This document shows positions 17,669-27,349 of a DNA stretch of 49,350 bases, one piece after another. Location: positions 1 to 49,350 of the forward strand of contig CAYLZE010000029.1 of the NCBI GenBank assembly GCA_964388035.1, written 5' to 3'. Every line of letters starts with the position of its first letter. Positions within the stretch are counted from its first letter, which is position 1. Made by a program: the position numbers and the translations under genes. This DNA comes from an uncultured archaeon (GTDB lineage: Archaea > Asgardarchaeota > Lokiarchaeia > Sigyniarchaeales > SOKP01). Under the pieces are notes generated by a model. The model had not been told where the DNA came from. It did no database searches and was given only the letters and a program-made list of their open reading frames with translations.

Positions 17669-18352
17669 ATGGTTTACGAATTCGAATTGATAAAATACTT
17701 TTTTAACTCACCCTTGATTAAAAAAACTATGAACCATATTCCAAGTGGCGAAGATGAGATCAGTAAACCCGCCAGCATCGCTTTAAATTTCCTTGAAAAA
17801 AATATAAATAAAGCAATCCAATTCAAATTTCTGGACATTGGATGTGGGGATGGTCGCGATATTGCCTTTTTATCATCGAATTTAGATAATCTCATCATGC
17901 GAGGAATTGATATTTCATTCCAAGCAATAACAAATGCAATTAAGCTTAATTCAAACAAAGAGAATGTTAGTTTTGATTGCATGGATTGGAAGGATTTGGA
18001 TGAGGCGCAATATGATATTATTTACACTTCTGGGGTATATCATTTCTTTAATATGGCTGAAAGAAAAAACTTTATGATCAAAATCGAGAAACTTCTAAAA
18101 TCTCATGGCTTTTTTTTCTTGAATACCCTTAGCTCAAAAGACACGCAATATTTTGGAAAAGGTACCCCCGTAGAGAACGATCAAAATTCTTTTCAAAGTG
18201 AATATTTCCTTCATTTCAGCTCAGAGGAGGAACTTAGGGAGGATTTCAAGTTTTTAGAAATTATAGATTTAGTAGGATATTTTCATAAAAATTATGCGAA
18301 CGATACAGAATTTCATGCAATGTGGTTATTAATAGGTCAGAATGCCAAGTAA
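17669..18352 (+). CDS. Class I SAM-dependent methyltransferase
   Basis: FLDIGCGDGRD motif I, GIDIS, YDII, LLKSHG. Confidence 0.9.
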   Translation: MVYEFELIKYFFNSPLIKKTMNHIPSGEDEISKPASIALNFLEKNINKAIQFKFLDIGCGDGRDIAFLSSNLDNLIMRGIDISFQAITNAIKLNSNKENVSFDCMDWKDLDEAQYDIIYTSGVYHFFNMAERKNFMIKIEKLLKSHGFFFLNTLSSKDTQYFGKGTPVENDQNSFQSEYFLHFSSEEELREDFKFLEIIDLVGYFHKNYANDTEFHAMWLLIGQNAK

Positions 18353-18379
18353 GATCCATTTAATATCTTTATTTCAAAC

Positions 18380-19885
18380 TTAACTTAAATACTTAATTAA
18401 TAAATCCGCTGTTTTCTCTATGAATTCTGGTAAATATTCTTTGATTTTTCCTTTCTTATTTTCATCATCCATTAAACACATTAAAAACATTGGACTTTCT
18501 GCGATTTGAATTCCTTTCACAAGAATGATGAATTCTGCAATTTTAAAAACGGCTTCATCTTTTTTAAGAGTTTTGAATTCAGAAAAGATTTTCCAAATTA
18601 TCGCAAATTGAGGAGCGGTAAATTCCCATACATTTCTAAGCTCTTGTGATAATAATTCTTCCCCCGAGTTAAGTTGATGCCAAAACTTTTTTTTGGCTTT
18701 CTCTGAATAGTAATCTGCCAAAACCAACCCATCAATATTTAAGAGGAGACTAATTGAAATTCCACTTTTAGTAGATAATTCTTTTAAATTACTTTGAATT
18801 TTTTCCCGATATGGACTTAATTTTGAAATACCCGAAGAAAAAGCTCTTAATATGCTAAAAAGAGAAAAAATACTAGTTAAATAAATTTCAGGTTCGCATT
18901 CTAAACGACATGCTTCCATCAATCGTGATTTAATCCTCTTGATATTTTCATTAATTTCTTTGGTTCTAAGGATGTCGGGATCCGCCTTACTTAATATGAA
19001 AAGGATGGGTGGTTTTTGAACAAATTCCTCTGAAATTTTATTTATAATTTCGTTAAGATAAAGAATACTTTGATTAAAACGAGCATGGTCTTGAATATCG
19101 ATAAAGTAAAATAAAATATCTGTCTCATATAAATAGATTTGAGGTTTCTTCAAATAGCCTTCTCGTGAACGCTGTTGCCCACCTAAATCCCATAAAAACA
19201 TGGTAGTACCGCCAAAAGTTTCCAATGTTGTAATGCTTGCACCAAGCGTGGGTTTTAGGCCAATTAATTTCGAGAATTTCTTATCTAAAGCTAATAGGAA
19301 TGATGTTTTTCCGGAATTGTCTAATCCTGCGAAAAGGAACTTTAATTTTCTGGGTTGTGCAATTTTCATTAAAGGCACTTTTTCCATTTCGAGTAATTGA
19401 GAAAAAAGTGACTCGAAAAGGGGGGAAATTTCTTCCTTTTTTTTTATTCCATCTTGAAGTTTCAGATCTAATTGGTTACTGAATGTTTCAATAAGGAGTT
19501 TTATCCGGTTATTATTATTATATAAGAAGTTCCTGTTTTTTTCGTCAAGGAATAGGGTTATAGTAGAAGGGATTAAGAATTCGTCTTTAATTCGATTAAT
19601 TAAATGGAAAAAGGCGATTGCCATTAACTTGAAATCTGGAAAAGGTATGATGGCAAAATGGCGCATGTCCTTAAACTTTTCTTTTTCCACGAGTATTTTA
19701 TCATCAATGATCAAGCTTAAACTTTTAATAGATATCTGAATGTAATCCAAGTATGATAACCGAGAACCTGTTTCATGAACACCTTCCTCCCCTCCGGGAA
19801 ACATATAAATTGGTTCGGGACCTAATTCTTGAATAGTGCTGAAAACTATTCCGCTGAACACGGATTTCTGTATGAATTTTTCCAT
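18380..19885 (-). CDS. Longin/uDENN-like domain + Rag/Arf-like GTPase + roadblock fusion (paralogue of 35498..36913)
   Basis: N-terminal FSTIQELGPEP; G1 GLDNSGKT, G2 PT, G3 WDLGGQ, G4 SKAD, G5 TSIF; C-terminal LLLNIDGLVLA roadblock-like strand. Confidence 0.85.
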   Translation of the reverse strand: MEKFIQKSVFSGIVFSTIQELGPEPIYMFPGGEEGVHETGSRLSYLDYIQISIKSLSLIIDDKILVEKEKFKDMRHFAIIPFPDFKLMAIAFFHLINRIKDEFLIPSTITLFLDEKNRNFLYNNNNRIKLLIETFSNQLDLKLQDGIKKKEEISPLFESLFSQLLEMEKVPLMKIAQPRKLKFLFAGLDNSGKTSFLLALDKKFSKLIGLKPTLGASITTLETFGGTTMFLWDLGGQQRSREGYLKKPQIYLYETDILFYFIDIQDHARFNQSILYLNEIINKISEEFVQKPPILFILSKADPDILRTKEINENIKRIKSRLMEACRLECEPEIYLTSIFSLFSILRAFSSGISKLSPYREKIQSNLKELSTKSGISISLLLNIDGLVLADYYSEKAKKKFWHQLNSGEELLSQELRNVWEFTAPQFAIIWKIFSEFKTLKKDEAVFKIAEFIILVKGIQIAESPMFLMCLMDDENKKGKIKEYLPEFIEKTADLLIKYLS

Positions 19886-20030
19886 TTATTAATTTATCTT
19901 AATTTTTTCTCTCTGTATTTAACTAAATTGAATATGTTTTTAATCGTTTTAAATCTTATCTCAATGGAATTCGTAGTTTTCACGAGAATATAATGAAACA
20001 TCAAATATTCACGCAATAGAGGGGTATATT

Positions 20031-20072
20031 TTAATTCTTAAAAGATTAATTCTTAAAAGATTAAAAGATTAA
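20031..20072 (+). repeat. Tandem 15-bp direct repeat (TTAATTCTTAAAAGA x2 plus partial copy)
   Basis: Directly visible upstream of the AIR-synthase-like gene. Confidence 0.6.
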
Positions 20073-20103
20073 TAATAATCAAAGGCTTATTTAAAGAACT
20101 GAT

Positions 20104-21075
20104 TTGAACTACACCATGTTAAATAAGATTGCAAAGTCTATAATGAATAATAAAAATATCCTAGAAAAAAGAGCAATAGACCCCATCGTAAAATATATTG
20201 ATGAAAATTCTTATAAAAGTGAACGAATTTTTACGGATATTGGTGAAGATGCCGCTTCAATAAAGGATGGAGAAAAATATATCCTCATCACTACTGACCG
20301 TATAAAAACTGAATTTGTGGAAAACTATCCTTTTGGTGCAGGTTTTAGCTCAATACTCGTGAGCGTGGATGATATATATGCATGCGGAGGAATTCCATTA
20401 GCTGCTAGTGTTATTCTTTCTTTTTTTGACAACCAAAAGGGTCAGAAAATTATAGAGGGAATTTGTGAAGGCTCAAGAAAATTTAGAGTTCCTATCATTA
20501 GAGGTCATACAAACATCCAAGGAAAGCAGGTAGAATTAAGCACGACTATGATCGGAGAGATTAAAAAAGAACATTATATCTCTGCAGGGAATGCTAAAGT
20601 GAATGATAAAGTGATGTTAATCATGGATCTGGAGGGAAGAATAGGGAAAGCAAATCGTTTATTTTTCGATACTACCACGTTTAAGGAATCTGATGAAGTT
20701 CTAGATAAAAGAAAATCCATGAATGTTGTTGCGGAACTAAATTTAGCTCATTCTTCAAAGGATGTATCTAATGGAGGGATTTTCGGAACCATTTTACAAT
20801 TAATTCATTATTCGCGCATGGGAGCAGATATTAATATTAATAAGATTGAAATTCCTCCCACACTCCTCCAGCAAGGATATGATTTGGAAATCTTCATCCA
20901 AATGTATTTAACTACCTCCTTCATACTTACCGCATCGGAGAGAAATTGTCCTGATTTGATCAAAATATTCGATAAATATCATTTGCATGCAAAAATGATT
21001 GGAGACATAATTGAAGAACCGAATCTCTTGAGAATTAATGATGGAAAAAATACCATGGATGTTTTCAAAGGTTGA
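20104..21075 (+). CDS. AIR synthase/PurM-like ATP-binding protein (methanogenesis marker 2 / sll0787-like)
   Basis: IGEDAA, LVSVDDIYACGGIP, GHT, SKDVSNGGIFGT; start may be the ATG at 20116. Confidence 0.85.
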   Translation: MNYTMLNKIAKSIMNNKNILEKRAIDPIVKYIDENSYKSERIFTDIGEDAASIKDGEKYILITTDRIKTEFVENYPFGAGFSSILVSVDDIYACGGIPLAASVILSFFDNQKGQKIIEGICEGSRKFRVPIIRGHTNIQGKQVELSTTMIGEIKKEHYISAGNAKVNDKVMLIMDLEGRIGKANRLFFDTTTFKESDEVLDKRKSMNVVAELNLAHSSKDVSNGGIFGTILQLIHYSRMGADININKIEIPPTLLQQGYDLEIFIQMYLTTSFILTASERNCPDLIKIFDKYHLHAKMIGDIIEEPNLLRINDGKNTMDVFKG

Positions 21076-21194
21076 TTGCCCTTCTCTTTAACATAATTAA
21101 TGTAAAAATAGCTTGAATGCTCATAAAAAATTTCATATTGAGGGATGTATTTATTTAAAGCAATATTTACTAAATTTATCCTAGATGGTAAAAT

Positions 21195-21686
21195 ATGATT
21201 CATTTAGAAGTTGAGCTCCCTGATTCACCAGGAAACTTGGTAGAGCTGATTAAACCTATCTCGAATAATTTCGGTAATATTTACGGGATATTACACCATC
21301 ATGACAAAAAGCTCAATAACATGATTCCTGTTTCCGTTTCCTTCGAATTGAGTGAAGAAATTCGAGACGCTAGCTTGAAAAAAATTAAAAAAGAATTGGA
21401 AGAAAAAAATATAAAAGTAGATAGCGTTACCCTCGGGGAAGAAAAAAGATACTTGACCGTAATTTTAATGGGGCATGTTTTTGATTCCGACATTGTAGAT
21501 ACCATAAAGAGATTAGCTAAAAAGAAAATTAAAGTATATGAATTACAGGCTAAATTTACCGAAGTCTCCGATGTAAGCAATGTAAAATTAAAAATAGAAT
21601 TTCCCTTGTTCATGAGCAAGGAGGAGTTAATAAAGGAACTAAATACCATTTGTGAAGAAAAAAATTTATTTTTAATTCGAACTTAA
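21195..21686 (+). CDS. Tandem ACT-domain protein, predicted allosteric partner of homoserine dehydrogenase (COG2061-like)
   Basis: ELPDSPGNL, ILMGHVFDSDIVDTI; lies upstream of hom. Confidence 0.85.
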   Translation: MIHLEVELPDSPGNLVELIKPISNNFGNIYGILHHHDKKLNNMIPVSVSFELSEEIRDASLKKIKKELEEKNIKVDSVTLGEEKRYLTVILMGHVFDSDIVDTIKRLAKKKIKVYELQAKFTEVSDVSNVKLKIEFPLFMSKEELIKELNTICEEKNLFLIRT

Positions 21687-21711
21687 TGCTTATATGAAGG
21701 ATCTACTGATT

Positions 21712-21843
21712 ATGCCTCGAGATAAACTGCCAAAAGGAAAAATTAGATGTCCCGAATGTAAGGAAATAATTGATGAAGGATTGATTTTTTGCCCCGAATG
21801 TGGAAATCGGATCCCCGAATTTCTGAGATATAATCCCACGTGA
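21712..21843 (+). CDS. 43-aa zinc-ribbon micro-protein
   Basis: MPRDKLPKGKIRCPECKEIIDEGLIFCPECGNRIPEFLRYNPT*, with two CPEC knuckles; below the ORF-track size cutoff. Confidence 0.8.
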   Translation: MPRDKLPKGKIRCPECKEIIDEGLIFCPECGNRIPEFLRYNPT

Positions 21844-21897
21844 TATTCACATTAATTCTTTTTCATTATTCCATTTTCACTCTTAGGGGACAAAAAG

Positions 21898-21929
21898 ATT
21901 AGAAAAGAAAAGTATTAGAAAAGAAAAGT
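21898..21929 (+). repeat. Tandem 16-bp direct repeat (ATTAGAAAAGAAAAGT x2)
   Basis: Exact duplication ending 27 nt upstream of hom. Confidence 0.65.
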
Positions 21930-21956
21930 GCACTTAGCGAAAAAAATAGTGATAAT

Positions 21957-23018
21957 ATGAGCCCCAATACAGAAGCTTCTTTAAATAAGGCAAATAAAGG
22001 CAAGAATAATGATTTTCGGTGTATTTTGATTGGAAAGGGTACCGTAGGCACGAGTTTTCTGCATCTCCTTTCAGAGAAACTCGGGGTTTTTCAACAAAAC
22101 TACGCTCTAAATATCAAACTAATTGGACTGTTTGAATTTGATGGAGCTTTAATTAAAGAAGAAGGAATTAATATCGATGAAGTGCTTAAAATAGGGAAAG
22201 ATTTTAGAGCACTTCCTTATTGGCAAGCAAATGCCAAGCCATTAGATTATATATCGAAATCGAACATCAATGCATGCATTGATTCCACCCCAACCAATGC
22301 AAAAACTGGGGAACCCGCGATGGGTCATTTATTCAAATGCCTAAATAATGGTGTAGATTTTATTACTTCTAGTAAAGGGCCTTTTTATTTAAAATATAAA
22401 GAAATAAAAGAATTAGCTCAAAAGAAAGGATGTCTTGTAAAATATGAAGCCACGGTTGCCAGCGGAGTTCCCGCATTGGCTATAAAAAGGTCTTTAAAGG
22501 GAACGGACATTATAAGCATAAGAGCTATATTAAATGGCACCTCAAATTACATTCTAAGTAGGATGAGTGCAGAAAGTCTTTCCTTTTCCATCGCACTGAA
22601 AGAAGCTCAAGAATTAGGATATGCAGAAGCTAATCCCTCTTTAGATATAGAAGGATTAGATGCTGCTGGAAAATTAGTTATTTTAGCAAATGAGATATTA
22701 GGATGGGAAAGCACGATTTCAGACGTTATCATTAAAGGAATCACTAAAATAACAACTAATGCTATAGAGCTAGCGAAATCTGATGGTTATGTGATTAAGC
22801 ATCTTGCCATTGCAGAAGAAAATAAACTAATCGTAGAACCTCGACTGGTCGAGAGAGATTCTCCATTAAATATCGGAGGTACCTTAAATGTCATTGAATA
22901 TACTTCAAAATTTGCAGGTCCAATAATACTAATTGGTCGTGGAGCAGGTGGCAATGAAGCAGCCTCAGCTTTAATGAATGATTTGTTTGATGTACTCCAA
23001 GCAAGAGGTTTTATATAA
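21957..23018 (+). CDS. hom: Homoserine dehydrogenase
   Basis: GKGTVG, YEATVASGVP, ILNGTSNYIL, AQELGYAEANPSLDIEGLDAAGK, GRGAGG. Confidence 0.95.
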   Translation: MSPNTEASLNKANKGKNNDFRCILIGKGTVGTSFLHLLSEKLGVFQQNYALNIKLIGLFEFDGALIKEEGINIDEVLKIGKDFRALPYWQANAKPLDYISKSNINACIDSTPTNAKTGEPAMGHLFKCLNNGVDFITSSKGPFYLKYKEIKELAQKKGCLVKYEATVASGVPALAIKRSLKGTDIISIRAILNGTSNYILSRMSAESLSFSIALKEAQELGYAEANPSLDIEGLDAAGKLVILANEILGWESTISDVIIKGITKITTNAIELAKSDGYVIKHLAIAEENKLIVEPRLVERDSPLNIGGTLNVIEYTSKFAGPIILIGRGAGGNEAASALMNDLFDVLQARGFI

Positions 23019-23082
23019 GATTATCATTTAAAATTATATTCATTAAATAAAATTTACCAATCTGCAAAATGAGATTAATAAT

Positions 23083-23643
23083 ATGAATTTAAAATATAGA
23101 GAGAACGTTAAAGCCGTCATCTCCATAATTGGAGCAAGTAAAATTGATAAAAAAATAGAAAAATTAGCCATTGAAGTAGGAAAATTACTGGCAAAAAATG
23201 GATTTGCTATTGCATGTGGAGGTCTTACGGGTGTCATGGAGGCCGTATGTCGGGGGGCTAAAGAAGAAGGTGGTTTTACTATAGGGATTATTCCTCAGAA
23301 AGAAAAATCTGCAGCAAATGCGTATGTGGACCTTGCAATACCCGTTCCATTTTCTCAAGCTCGAAATATCGTGGTGGTGCTTACAGGGGACCTGGTCGTT
23401 GCAATAGGGGGAAAAGCGGGAACTCTAACTGAAATGGCTCTTGCCTGGATATACGGAAAACAAGTTATTGCATTAACTGGTATTGAAGGTTGGAGTTCAA
23501 CTTTAGCTGGAAAAGCTATAGATGATAGAAGACCTGATAAAATTTACCCCGCAAATTCCCCCGAGGAAATAGTACAAAAAGTACAGGAATTATTGGGGTT
23601 AAATCACGATGAAAGGGATTTTGCGGCGACTAATGATTTCTAA
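23083..23643 (+). CDS. TIGR00725 / LOG-SLOG family nucleotide-binding protein
   Basis: CGGLTGVMEA, ARN, IGGKAGTLTE. Confidence 0.9.
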   Translation: MNLKYRENVKAVISIIGASKIDKKIEKLAIEVGKLLAKNGFAIACGGLTGVMEAVCRGAKEEGGFTIGIIPQKEKSAANAYVDLAIPVPFSQARNIVVVLTGDLVVAIGGKAGTLTEMALAWIYGKQVIALTGIEGWSSTLAGKAIDDRRPDKIYPANSPEEIVQKVQELLGLNHDERDFAATNDF

Positions 23644-23740
23644 TGAATGCTCCAAGTTAAATTGAAAATAAGAGTACTTTAGAAAATATTAAATTGAATG
23701 CTAAATAGTTAATTAAAATTCAATTTTATTACCAAAATAA

Positions 23741-25096
23741 GTGATATTCATGGAACATAAGGAAACGAAAACATGGACTGGTTTAAAAGTAAAACCCCAT
23801 TTTACTGAATTTTACAAGTGGTTTTCTAAATTCGGAATAATTTTAATAATATCTGCAATTTTGGGCCTCATTTGCGGCTTTGTCATGGTAGGTTTCACTT
23901 ATCTTCTGAACCTTTTCGCATTGGGATTTTCTTATATTCCCTATTTTATATCTCCCTTAATTGCAGGGGGTCTAACCAGTCTATTAGTACGTGTAGGATA
24001 TAGGAAGAATCTTTTCCTCGTTATGGGTACAGGAGCATCTGAATTCGTATCAGAAGTCACGGAAGGAGAATTAGGATATAACAGAGTTCCAATATTGTTC
24101 GGAAAGACCTTTGCAACCTCATGGACATATGGTTCCGGAATTCTTTGTGGATTAGAAGGTCCAGGATTATTAGTTGGTGCGAATATAGGTTACGTGCTTG
24201 CTCAAAAATTTGAAAAGTACAAAGAATTAGATAAACAAGATTATTATTTTATTGGAGCAAGTGCGTGCACGAGTGCCATTTTAAAGACACCTATCAGTGG
24301 GGCTTTATTTTGTGCTGAATTACCGTTCACGAATCATCTTAAATATCGATCCTTGTTACCTTCAATCTTTTCTTCCATAATTTCATTCTTAATATACACA
24401 GCATTCTTTGAATTTCAACCTTTCATTATCACCGATCTATCAGCATTAGAACAAATAAACTATTTTGATTTATTGCCTCTTTTAATCATTTTTGCAATAG
24501 GAATCGGTTTTTTTGTGCTTATATTCATAACTCTATTAAGAGGATGGATGAAAAAGTTACACGAATATTTTAAACACAAAACAGGGTTTTGGATGCTTCC
24601 TCTTTTTGGTGGTGGGCTTTATAGTCTTTTTCTTTTCATAATCATACCGATTATTGATCCAAATTATTACATTATTTATATAAGTCCTGAAACGTCCGTA
24701 TTATCATATATTATAGATTCTGTTAGAAATATAGATAGTATCTCTTTTCTGCTTTTAACATCATTATTTCTTTTTGCTATTCTCTTCTCAATAGGTTTTT
24801 ATAATTCTGCAGGATTAATTCTTCCCCTAATGCTGCTCGGAGCATTATTAGGAGGTTTTTTTGGAGTAACTTTTTTTCCTGAATATCCTGAACTATTTGT
24901 TATATTAGGAATCTCTGCAGTTTTAAGCGCTGCTATTAACAATCCCATTACTGCTATCATTATTATCGTAGAAATGACATGGGACCCATTCTTATTCATC
25001 CCGGCAGGTATCACGACTATTTTAGCATATATATGCAGTGGTCCTAATACAATCATTCCCGGTCAACGCAATGTAAAATGTATTCAATTAGAATGA
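23741..25096 (+). CDS. ClC chloride channel family protein, divergent, no CBS domains
   Basis: GLEGP, GASA...LKTPISGALFCAE, PITAIIIIVEMT. Confidence 0.88.
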   Translation: MIFMEHKETKTWTGLKVKPHFTEFYKWFSKFGIILIISAILGLICGFVMVGFTYLLNLFALGFSYIPYFISPLIAGGLTSLLVRVGYRKNLFLVMGTGASEFVSEVTEGELGYNRVPILFGKTFATSWTYGSGILCGLEGPGLLVGANIGYVLAQKFEKYKELDKQDYYFIGASACTSAILKTPISGALFCAELPFTNHLKYRSLLPSIFSSIISFLIYTAFFEFQPFIITDLSALEQINYFDLLPLLIIFAIGIGFFVLIFITLLRGWMKKLHEYFKHKTGFWMLPLFGGGLYSLFLFIIIPIIDPNYYIIYISPETSVLSYIIDSVRNIDSISFLLLTSLFLFAILFSIGFYNSAGLILPLMLLGALLGGFFGVTFFPEYPELFVILGISAVLSAAINNPITAIIIIVEMTWDPFLFIPAGITTILAYICSGPNTIIPGQRNVKCIQLE

Positions 25097-25281
25097 TATT
25101 GAAAGGATTTGTCGAAAAAGGAATATTTATAATTTCATTATGTTATTCATATTTACATTAAAAAGGAAATTAGGAAATTAGGATGATTTGAAGAGTATTT
25201 AAAACTCAAAAAATTGCATTGTACTATAAAATGCAGAAATATTAAGGTAGTATCTATCTTATCAAACTTAGGATTGATATC

Positions 25282-27042
25282 ATGAGCAAGCTTGGATTTT
25301 TCAGTAGATGGCTGATTTTAGCGACGATTGTAGGTGTTATAGCGGGATTAGGTGCAGCAGGGTTTTTTTATGCTCTTGAACTTTGTACTTCATTCTTGTT
25401 AGGATACCTTGGAGGATACTATCCCCTAACAGCGGCAGGAGAACCTCATTTATTTTTTTTCTCAGCGACTAGTGCCGTCACATGGAAAATCATCTTAATC
25501 ATTACATTAGGGGGCTTAATATCCGGTATCATTGTATACAATTTCGCTCCAGAAGCTGAAGGGCACGGTACGGACGCTTATATTTCAGCATTTCATAATA
25601 ATCAAGGAAGAGTCCGACCTCGTGTTCCTCTCATAAAAGCAGTAGCTTCTGCGATTATTATTGGCAGCGGCGGTAGTGCAGGGAGGGAAGGGCCTATTGC
25701 TCAGATTGGGGCAGGTTTAGGATCTTGGTTAGTCACCAAATTAAAGCTCAGTGATAGAGACCGTAGAATCGCCCTAATATGTGGTTGCGCTGGAGGAATA
25801 GGAGCTATTTTTAAGGCCCCTCTGGGAGGTGCCATATTTGCATTAGAAGTGCTGTATAAAAAAGATATAGAATCTGAAGCCTTGTTGCCAGCTTTTCTCT
25901 CCTCAACAGTTGCATATTCTATTTTTGGGCTTTTCTTTGGCTTCCAACCCATATTTGCAACTCCTGCATTTGTTTTTAACCTCAATACCTTAATTTTTTA
26001 CGTGTTCTTAGGAATTTTATGTGCACCTCTCGCTTATGCCTACATTTTTATTTTTAATTTCTTGCGGAAACAAGTTTTTATTACCAAAAAAATTCCAAAT
26101 TACATGAAACCCGCGATAGGTGCATTTTTTGTAGGTCTTTTAAGCCTTTTCCTCCCACAAGTTCTCGGACCTGGTTACGGCTGGATTCAACTCGCTATTT
26201 ATTGTCAATTAGGCCTCTTCCTTTTATTACTCATTATAATTGCAAAAATCGTTGCTACTTCTTTAACTATAGGTTCGGGAGGGAGTGGAGGCGTGTTTGC
26301 ACCTTCTCTTTTTATTGGGGCAATGATTGGAGCAGCATATGGCTTAGCTCTTAGTATCATATTTTCTCTTACAGACTTGGATAAAGGCGCTTTTGTAATC
26401 GTGGGGATGGCTGCTTTTGTCACTGCAGCAGCCAATGTATTGATAGCTCCCATTATCATGGTTTCAGAAATGACCGAAACCTATACGCTTTTGGTACCAT
26501 GCATGATCTCGTGCACGATAGCTTATATTCTAGCTTCAAAATGGACAATTTACGAAAGTCAAGTGCCTAATAAGGCTAATTCCCCCGTGCATAAGGGTGA
26601 ATTTACCATTGATATATTAGATGCCATAAATGTTGAGGACGCAATGAGTAAAGAGATAATTTCGATACATCCTGAGGATAGCCTAAAGGTATTTTCTAAT
26701 GATGTCGATCTAACGGGCCACATGACATACCCCGTTTTAGAAAACAATAATTTAGTAGGCATGATTGCATATAAAGATGTGTTAAAAGTGCCAACTGAGA
26801 ATCTTCTTAATACTTATATTAAAGATATAATGTCAAAAAATGTCGTTTCTATAACACCTAAAGAGAATTTATCTGAAGCATTGCTTAAAATGAATTCACA
26901 TGGTTATGGCCATTTGCCTGTCGTGGATCCAGAAAATCCTGCGAAATTGATAGGGTTTATTTCTAAGGGAGACATAATTAAAGGACATATCTTAAAAAGA
27001 AGTCAAATTTTCAGTACGAAAAATGAAGAAAAGACCTACTGA
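25282..27042 (+). CDS. ClC chloride channel family protein with C-terminal CBS pair
   Basis: GHGTD, GSAGREGP, GGSGGVFAP, TIYESQ, two CBS repeats. Confidence 0.95.
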   Translation: MSKLGFFSRWLILATIVGVIAGLGAAGFFYALELCTSFLLGYLGGYYPLTAAGEPHLFFFSATSAVTWKIILIITLGGLISGIIVYNFAPEAEGHGTDAYISAFHNNQGRVRPRVPLIKAVASAIIIGSGGSAGREGPIAQIGAGLGSWLVTKLKLSDRDRRIALICGCAGGIGAIFKAPLGGAIFALEVLYKKDIESEALLPAFLSSTVAYSIFGLFFGFQPIFATPAFVFNLNTLIFYVFLGILCAPLAYAYIFIFNFLRKQVFITKKIPNYMKPAIGAFFVGLLSLFLPQVLGPGYGWIQLAIYCQLGLFLLLLIIIAKIVATSLTIGSGGSGGVFAPSLFIGAMIGAAYGLALSIIFSLTDLDKGAFVIVGMAAFVTAAANVLIAPIIMVSEMTETYTLLVPCMISCTIAYILASKWTIYESQVPNKANSPVHKGEFTIDILDAINVEDAMSKEIISIHPEDSLKVFSNDVDLTGHMTYPVLENNNLVGMIAYKDVLKVPTENLLNTYIKDIMSKNVVSITPKENLSEALLKMNSHGYGHLPVVDPENPAKLIGFISKGDIIKGHILKRSQIFSTKNEEKTY

Positions 27043-27349
27043 TTCGAGGTCAGTTATTTCATGGCTTTGTAATGTAATTCTGATAAAAGAAACGGTTTTT
27101 AATTTCGAAAAAAAGAAGAGAGATTCTATTAACTATACCTTTTTGAAACAAGAAGATTTATCTTTTTAATAAAAAGGCTTCGTAATTTTCTTCTTTATTG
27201 TGCTTCAACCATTAATAAGATAAATTATCAGATTTCACTATATATTAGCAAAATTTACGCAATATGGGTTCATTAATTTACTAATTAGAAAAAATTTTGA
27301 ATCATGGTTACTTACTAAAATATAATTCGATTTCAAACCGTACGATCCC

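Noticed and set aside
14825-21075. MtrH and marker-2-like genes as evidence of methanogenesis
   Set aside because: No mcr or mtrA-G genes are present, and both families occur in non-methanogens.
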